From an uncultured Candidatus Actinomarina sp. (GTDB lineage Bacteria; Actinomycetota; Acidimicrobiia; Actinomarinales; Actinomarinaceae), in NCBI GenBank assembly GCA_902593795.1, contig CACJJR010000003.1, positions 89,837-153,836 on the forward strand: a stretch of DNA of 64,000 nucleotides, read 5' to 3'. Positions 59,127-64,000 of the stretch are shown here, in pieces. Within the stretch, counting starts at the first letter, position 1, and each line of letters begins with the position of its first letter. The translations under genes were made by a program, and so were the position numbers. A model generated the notes under the pieces. It made no database searches. It was not told the DNA's origin and saw nothing but the letters and a program-made list of their open reading frames with translations.

Positions 59127-59788
59127 TGAGACCAATTAAAGTCACGAAAAATTTTATTAATTCCGCTGAGAACTCAGTGCTATACGAATCAGGTAATACA
59201 AAAGTTTTAGTTACAGTATCTATATCTACTCGACTTCCAGATTGGCTACTAAATTCTGACAAAGGGTGGGTCACTGCAGAGTACAATATGTTGCCAGGAT
59301 CTTCTGGTAATAGAATTTCAAGAAAATCATTTGAATCTGGAAGGTCTAAAGAAATTTCCAGATTAATTGGAAGATCTTTAAGAGCAGTCTGCAATTTAGG
59401 AATTATAAATGGATATTCATTTACTGTAGATTGCGATGTTTTAGAAGCCGATGGTGGAACAAGAACAGCTTCCATTAATGGTGCTTGGATAGCGCTTAAT
59501 GATACATTTGAAAAAATGATTCAAGAAAATAAATTACATCAGAATCCTTTTACAAGTAAAGTTGGTGCAATCTCTGTTGGGATTGTTGGAGGTGAATTAA
59601 TAGCAGATCTTGATTATCAAAAAGATTCAAATGCTGAAGTAGATCTCAATATAGTTTTAGATGAACAATTTGAAATATTAGAAATACAGGGAACAGCAGA
59701 AGGTAAACCTTTTCCTAAAGACCATCTTGATCAACTTTTTGAACTTGGAAAAGATTGTATAAAAGAAGTGTTTGAAATACAAAATTAG
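59126..59788 (+). CDS. rph: ribonuclease PH
   Basis: 220 aa with GWVTAEYNMLPGSS, GRSKEISRLIGRSLRAV and DCDVLEADGGTRTASI motifs. The N-terminus is about 10 aa shorter than in the E. coli protein. TAATG junction with pdxH. Confidence 0.92.
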   Translation: MRPIKVTKNFINSAENSVLYESGNTKVLVTVSISTRLPDWLLNSDKGWVTAEYNMLPGSSGNRISRKSFESGRSKEISRLIGRSLRAVCNLGIINGYSFTVDCDVLEADGGTRTASINGAWIALNDTFEKMIQENKLHQNPFTSKVGAISVGIVGGELIADLDYQKDSNAEVDLNIVLDEQFEILEIQGTAEGKPFPKDHLDQLFELGKDCIKEVFEIQN

Positions 59789-59792
59789 GTAA

Positions 59793-60362
59793 ATGGAAAT
59801 ACTCTTAGCTTCAAATAATAAAAATAAGCACAAAGAATTATTAAACATTTTTAATGAACACGGAAGTAAACACACTCTATTAGCAAATAAAGATATTCCT
59901 GAAGTTATAGAAGATAAAAATACAATTGAAGAGAATGCAAAAAAGAAAGCTCAAGAATGTTACGAAATTTTCAATTCACCTGTACTCTCAGACGACTCTG
60001 GACTATTTGTAGAAGTATTAGATGGTAAGCCAGGTGTTTATTCAAAGAGATATGCAGGAGATAATGCTACTGACTCTGAAAATAATCAAAAGTTAATTAA
60101 TGAACTCAAGACCGCTAGTAATTTAAACGCATTTTTTAAAACAGTTCTTTGTTATTTTGATGGCTCAAATTTTATTACATCAGAAGGATTGCTTAATGGA
60201 AATATTATACATGAACCAAGAGGAGATAACGGTTTTGGTTACGATCCAATATTTGAGGTAAATGGAAAAACACTAGCTGAAATGACTTTAGGAGAAAAAT
60301 CAAATATAAGCCATAGGAAAATAGCCGCAGTAAAGTTAGTTGAGAAATTAAATGAAATATAA
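59793..60362 (+). CDS. rdgB: dITP/XTP pyrophosphatase (RdgB/Ham1)
   Basis: 189 aa with LASNNKNKHKE, DDSGL, GFGYDPIF and SHRKIA motifs. This is the conserved rph-rdgB pair. Confidence 0.92.
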   Translation: MEILLASNNKNKHKELLNIFNEHGSKHTLLANKDIPEVIEDKNTIEENAKKKAQECYEIFNSPVLSDDSGLFVEVLDGKPGVYSKRYAGDNATDSENNQKLINELKTASNLNAFFKTVLCYFDGSNFITSEGLLNGNIIHEPRGDNGFGYDPIFEVNGKTLAEMTLGEKSNISHRKIAAVKLVEKLNEI

Positions 60363-61044
60363 AAATAAAATTTATTTACTTGTTGCTTTCCTTATATTCT
60401 CAGCTTGTGAAATTAAATGGGATATGAACGTTGAATTTAATGAAGATTTTTCTGGAAAGTATTCGATTAAATTATTAATTAATGAAGAATTACAGTTGTA
60501 TGCACTTGATATAGGTGAAGAGTCATCTATTGGAAGTCTTAACGACATTATTACCGAATTACCAGATGGATTTGGCTCTAGTATATTTCAAGAGGATGCA
60601 TATCTTGGAATACTTGTTCGTAATAATTTTGCAAATATAACTGAACTAGAAGAACAATTTGAACTACTAAAATCTAACGAAAATACAGCTTTATTATTAT
60701 TACCAATCGAAGATATAGAATTTCAAAACAATGATGAAGAGTTTAGGGTTTATGGATCTTTTGGTGAGCTCTTTGATACTGAAAACGAAATAATTAATCA
60801 ATCAGGCTATGACAATGTTTTTGATGGAAATCTCGGGTTTAAAGTTCCTGGGGATATTACTAAACCTAATGTTGACGACATTATTGAGAACACGATAATA
60901 TTTGAAGCTGATGGAGTAACTAGCAAAACTTTTGAACTTATATCAGAGAATAATAAACCACTAAATCCTCAAAGTATTGCTGTAGCTTTTGTAGTTTTAA
61001 TAGCAGTATATTTTTTTGTTAGACAATTAAGAAAAACAAAGTAA
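60352..61044 (+). CDS. hypothetical lipoprotein with C-terminal TM anchor
   Basis: 230 aa with lipobox-like LIFSACE and a C-terminal helix IAVAFVVLIAVYFFV followed by RQLRKTK. I recognise no family. Confidence 0.5.
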   Translation: MKYKNKIYLLVAFLIFSACEIKWDMNVEFNEDFSGKYSIKLLINEELQLYALDIGEESSIGSLNDIITELPDGFGSSIFQEDAYLGILVRNNFANITELEEQFELLKSNENTALLLLPIEDIEFQNNDEEFRVYGSFGELFDTENEIINQSGYDNVFDGNLGFKVPGDITKPNVDDIIENTIIFEADGVTSKTFELISENNKPLNPQSIAVAFVVLIAVYFFVRQLRKTK

Positions 61045-61054
61045 CATTGTCACA

Positions 61055-61130
61055 ATGAAAAAAATTATAATTATTATTTAGGAGCAACGTTTAAAACGTT
61101 GTTGCCCTTGCATTGCAAGGGTTTTTTTTT
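61055..61130 (+). promoter_or_regulatory. candidate isoleucine attenuator: leader peptide MKKIIIII (61055-61081) + hairpin + terminator
   Basis: The mini-ORF is ATG AAA AAA ATT ATA ATT ATT ATT TAG. Hairpin AGCAACGT / ACGTTGTT (61083-61103) or GGAGCAA / TTGCCCT overlaps the 5-prime arm of terminator CCCTTG-CATTG-CAAGGG-T9. Confidence 0.5.
61105..61130 (+). terminator. rho-independent terminator 5 nt upstream of cimA start
   Basis: Stem CCCTTG / CAAGGG (61105-61110 / 61116-61121) with a 5-nt loop, followed by nine T (61122-61130). Confidence 0.8.
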
Positions 61131-61135
61131 GGATT

Positions 61136-62692
61136 ATGAAAATAGATATATTTGATACAACATTAAGAGATGGCTTCCAGCAGGAAGGGATTTCCCCATC
61201 TGTAAAAGACAAGATTGCAATTGCAAAATTAATTGATGATTTAGGGGTAGCTTATATTGAAGGTGGTTGGCCAGGAGCATCTCCAAAAGAGGAAGAATTC
61301 TTTGAAACTGCAAAAAGCGAACTAAATTTAAAAAATGCAAAACTTGTAAGTTTTGGTTCAACTAGAAAACTTGATTTGTCTGCAGAAGATGATCCCCAAG
61401 TTAAGGCTCTAGTTGATTCAGGTACGGATTATGTATGTATTGTTGGAAAGTCTTCAAAATTACATATAACCAAGGCTTTACAAACAGATGTTGAAAGTGC
61501 AATTGATATGGCTGTAGATACAATTTTATATCTAAAATCTAAAGGCAAAAAAGTATTTTTCGATGCTGAACATTTTTTTGATGGATATAAAGAAGATTCA
61601 GTAACAAGTTTAAAGATACTTGAAGCTGTTATTTCAGCTGGGACAGATTGTTTTATATTTTGTGATACTAATGGAGGAACTTTACCTGAGGAAGTTAGAA
61701 AAGTTCTTACTGAAATTATAGACAAATATCCAGAAACAAAGTTTGGTGTTCATTTTCAGAATGATAATGGCTGTGCTGTTGTGAATTCAATGGTAGCAGT
61801 AGACCTTGGAGTTGATCATGTTCAAGGAACTATTAACGGATATGGTGAAAGAACTGGAAATGCTGATCTATGTACTCTTATCCCTAATTTATCTTTAAAA
61901 CAAGATTATGAAACTATACCTGTAGATTCACTTAAAAAATTAACACAAACTGCAAATCATATTGCAGAACTTGTAAATGTTTCTATAGATTCAAGACATC
62001 CATATGTTGGCTCATCAGCTTTTACTCATAAAGCAGGACTTCATGCATCAGGAATGGCTAAAGACAGTTCACTTTACGAGCATATTGATTCTGAAAAAGT
62101 TGGTAATTTTACAAGGACTACAGTTTCAGAATTAGCTGGTAGAGCAAGTGTTATTACTAAGTCAGAAGAATTTGGATTAAATTTTAATAATGAAGAGGCT
62201 AAGGAGCTTATTCAGCAAGTTCAAAATCTTGAGCATTTAGGTTTCCAATTTGAAGCAGCAGATGCTTCTTTATTTATTTTAATGAATTCAATTCAAGGTA
62301 TTAAACCAGAGTTTTTTCAATTTGAAAGTTTCAGGGTTTTCTCAGAGAGACGAAACTCAGAGAATGTTGTTTCTGAAGCAGTATGCAAAATAATGGTTAA
62401 AGACAACCGATATGTCAAGACTGGAGAAGGCGTAGGTCCTGTCGACGCACTTTCTAAAGCACTAAAGACAGCACTTGAAAATGATTACGAGAATATAAAC
62501 AACGTAAAGCTAATTGATTACAAAGTTAGAATAATCGATTCTTCCGATGGAACTGAAGCTAAAACCAGGGTATTGATTGAGTTTACAGATTCAAATAGAC
62601 AGTGGAGCACAATTGGAGTTCATGAAAATATTATAAATGCTTCTTGGAACGCTTTATGTGATGGATTCAATTACTATTTTATGACTACTTAG
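61136..62692 (+). CDS. cimA: (R)-citramalate synthase (LeuA/CimA family, CimA-type)
   Basis: 518 aa with IFDTTLRDGFQQEG, YIEGGWPGASPKEEEFF, DAEHFFDGYKED, CDTNGGTLP and a C-terminal LeuA-dimer regulatory domain. The length and motifs fit the CimA clade better than the LeuA clade. Confidence 0.75.
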   Translation: MKIDIFDTTLRDGFQQEGISPSVKDKIAIAKLIDDLGVAYIEGGWPGASPKEEEFFETAKSELNLKNAKLVSFGSTRKLDLSAEDDPQVKALVDSGTDYVCIVGKSSKLHITKALQTDVESAIDMAVDTILYLKSKGKKVFFDAEHFFDGYKEDSVTSLKILEAVISAGTDCFIFCDTNGGTLPEEVRKVLTEIIDKYPETKFGVHFQNDNGCAVVNSMVAVDLGVDHVQGTINGYGERTGNADLCTLIPNLSLKQDYETIPVDSLKKLTQTANHIAELVNVSIDSRHPYVGSSAFTHKAGLHASGMAKDSSLYEHIDSEKVGNFTRTTVSELAGRASVITKSEEFGLNFNNEEAKELIQQVQNLEHLGFQFEAADASLFILMNSIQGIKPEFFQFESFRVFSERRNSENVVSEAVCKIMVKDNRYVKTGEGVGPVDALSKALKTALENDYENINNVKLIDYKVRIIDSSDGTEAKTRVLIEFTDSNRQWSTIGVHENIINASWNALCDGFNYYFMTT

Positions 62693-62744
62693 GTAGATTT
62701 TTTTCTTTGTTGATATATATACTATTTTAAAAGAGGAAATTGTC

Positions 62745-64000
62745 ATGAATGAAAAAATTGAAAATCTATTAAAAGAAGAAAGAAAATTTCCACCTTCACA
62801 AGAGCTAATAGAAAATGCTAATGCAACAGATTCTTGGTATACAGACGCTGAAAAGAATCGCTTAGAATTTTGGCAAAAACAAGCTTTAACAAGAATTTCT
62901 TGGTTTAAAGAACCTACAGAGATACTTGATGATTCAAACCCTCCTTTTTTTAAATGGTTTAAGGATGGTGAACTTAATTTATCTTATAACTGTTTAGACA
63001 GACACCTTGAATCCGACGGAGAAAGAGTCGCTTTTTACTGGGAAGGTGAACCTGGTGATACCCAAAAAATTACTTATCAAGATTTATATGAAAGAGTGTG
63101 TAAGTTATCAAACGCACTAAAAAAACTTGGAGTAGAAAAGGGTGATAGAGTAGCCATTTATTTAGGTATGACTCCTGAAATAGTTGTTTCAATGCTGGCT
63201 TGTGCCAGGATTGGAGCAGTTCATTCAGTTGTATTTGGAGGGTTCTCCTCAGAGGCTCTTGCTGACAGAATAAATGATGCAAAAGCAAAGACTGTTATTA
63301 CTGCTGATGGTGCATGGAGACGAGGTGATATAGTACCTCTAAAGAATAATGTTGATGGATCTCTAGACCTCACTGATTATGTTAAAAATGTGATTGTTGT
63401 TAAACGCACAGAGCAGGAAATTAATATGACGGATGGAAGAGATTTTTGGTATCACGATATAACTGAAAATGAATCTACGGTTTGCGAACCTGAAGTTATG
63501 AATGCTGAAGATTTGCTTTACATACTATATACATCTGGTACAACTGCAAAACCTAAAGGAATTGTTCACACTCAAGCGGGGTATTTAACTGGAGTTACAA
63601 CTACTCATCACGAAGTTTTTGATATAAAAGAAGATGATATTTATTGGTGTGCTGCAGACTGTGGCTGGGTTACAGGTCACAGCTATATTGTCTATGGCCC
63701 ATTGGCTAATAAGACTACAAGTGTTATGTATGAAGGTGCACCAAATGCACCAGATGAAAAAAGACTATGGAGTATTATCGAAAAATATAAAGTCAATATT
63801 TTCTATACTGCCCCAACTGCAATTCGTGCATTTATGAAATGGGGGGTAGAACACCCTCAAGCTCATGACTTAAGTTCATTGAGGCTTCTAGGTACTGTAG
63901 GAGAACCAATTAATCCAGAAGCATGGATGTGGTATCACGAAAATATTGGTGCGGAGAATTGTGCAATTGTAGATACATGGTGGCAGACAGAAACTGGATC
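62745..64000 (+). CDS. acs: acetyl-CoA synthetase (partial, continues beyond window)
   Basis: The frame is open from ATG 62745 to the window end and is not in the track. It encodes MNEKIENLLKEERKFPP...WFKDGELNLSYNCLDRHL...YTSGTTAKPKGIVHTQAGY...WWQTETG, canonical Acs. Confidence 0.93.
   Translation, partial: MNEKIENLLKEERKFPPSQELIENANATDSWYTDAEKNRLEFWQKQALTRISWFKEPTEILDDSNPPFFKWFKDGELNLSYNCLDRHLESDGERVAFYWEGEPGDTQKITYQDLYERVCKLSNALKKLGVEKGDRVAIYLGMTPEIVVSMLACARIGAVHSVVFGGFSSEALADRINDAKAKTVITADGAWRRGDIVPLKNNVDGSLDLTDYVKNVIVVKRTEQEINMTDGRDFWYHDITENESTVCEPEVMNAEDLLYILYTSGTTAKPKGIVHTQAGYLTGVTTTHHEVFDIKEDDIYWCAADCGWVTGHSYIVYGPLANKTTSVMYEGAPNAPDEKRLWSIIEKYKVNIFYTAPTAIRAFMKWGVEHPQAHDLSSLRLLGTVGEPINPEAWMWYHENIGAENCAIVDTWWQTETG

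Overview
This is a very AT-rich, tightly packed bacterial chromosome segment, roughly one third G+C by eye (not computed). About 75 genes are visible, and many adjacent genes overlap by 1-14 nt (for example TAATG at tyrA/aroA). The content points to a low-GC, streamlined actinobacterium, possibly a marine Actinomarinales/acI-like lineage. The evidence is a WhiB-family regulator, the tsaB-rimI-tsaD-groES-groEL order, pcrA next to sucCD, a Lon-PDZ protease next to a UPF0182 membrane protein, and an initiator tRNA with a C1/U72 end.

The window is almost entirely core metabolism:
- A complete 10-gene aromatic amino-acid cluster (aroH | aroF-tyrA-aroA-aroE-aroC-aroK-aroB-aroQ-pheA).
- TCA-cycle genes (sucCD-icd-mdh, sdhCDAB, a mitochondrial-type aconitase).
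- A liv-type ABC transporter with an embedded acyl-CoA ligase.
- Lipid and cell-envelope genes (plsC, plsY, uppP), plus cimA and acs.

I found no CRISPR array, rRNA, transposase, integrase or obvious defence island.

The observations most worth following up:
1. A membrane-anchored thioredoxin-fold gene has an in-frame TGA exactly at the first Cys of CxxC (U-L-G-C), followed by a hairpin where a SECIS element would sit. It is either a selenoprotein or a very recent pseudogene.
2. A 14-codon leader peptide containing Tyr-Phe-Tyr-Phe, with textbook alternative hairpins and a terminator, lies ahead of the aromatic operon.
3. A leader peptide MKKIIIII plus a terminator lies ahead of citramalate synthase, which belongs to the isoleucine pathway.
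4. aroQ has no canonical start codon, but has a strong Shine-Dalgarno (SD) sequence positioned for ATT.
5. One protein carries two tandem Cas4-like Fe-S nuclease domains.
6. One protein fuses a peptidase-S51-like domain to a CysRS C-terminal domain.
7. A perfect 7-1-7 palindrome lies between a Fur-family gene and cbiQO.

All coordinates were counted by hand and all homology calls come from motif recognition. No searches were run.
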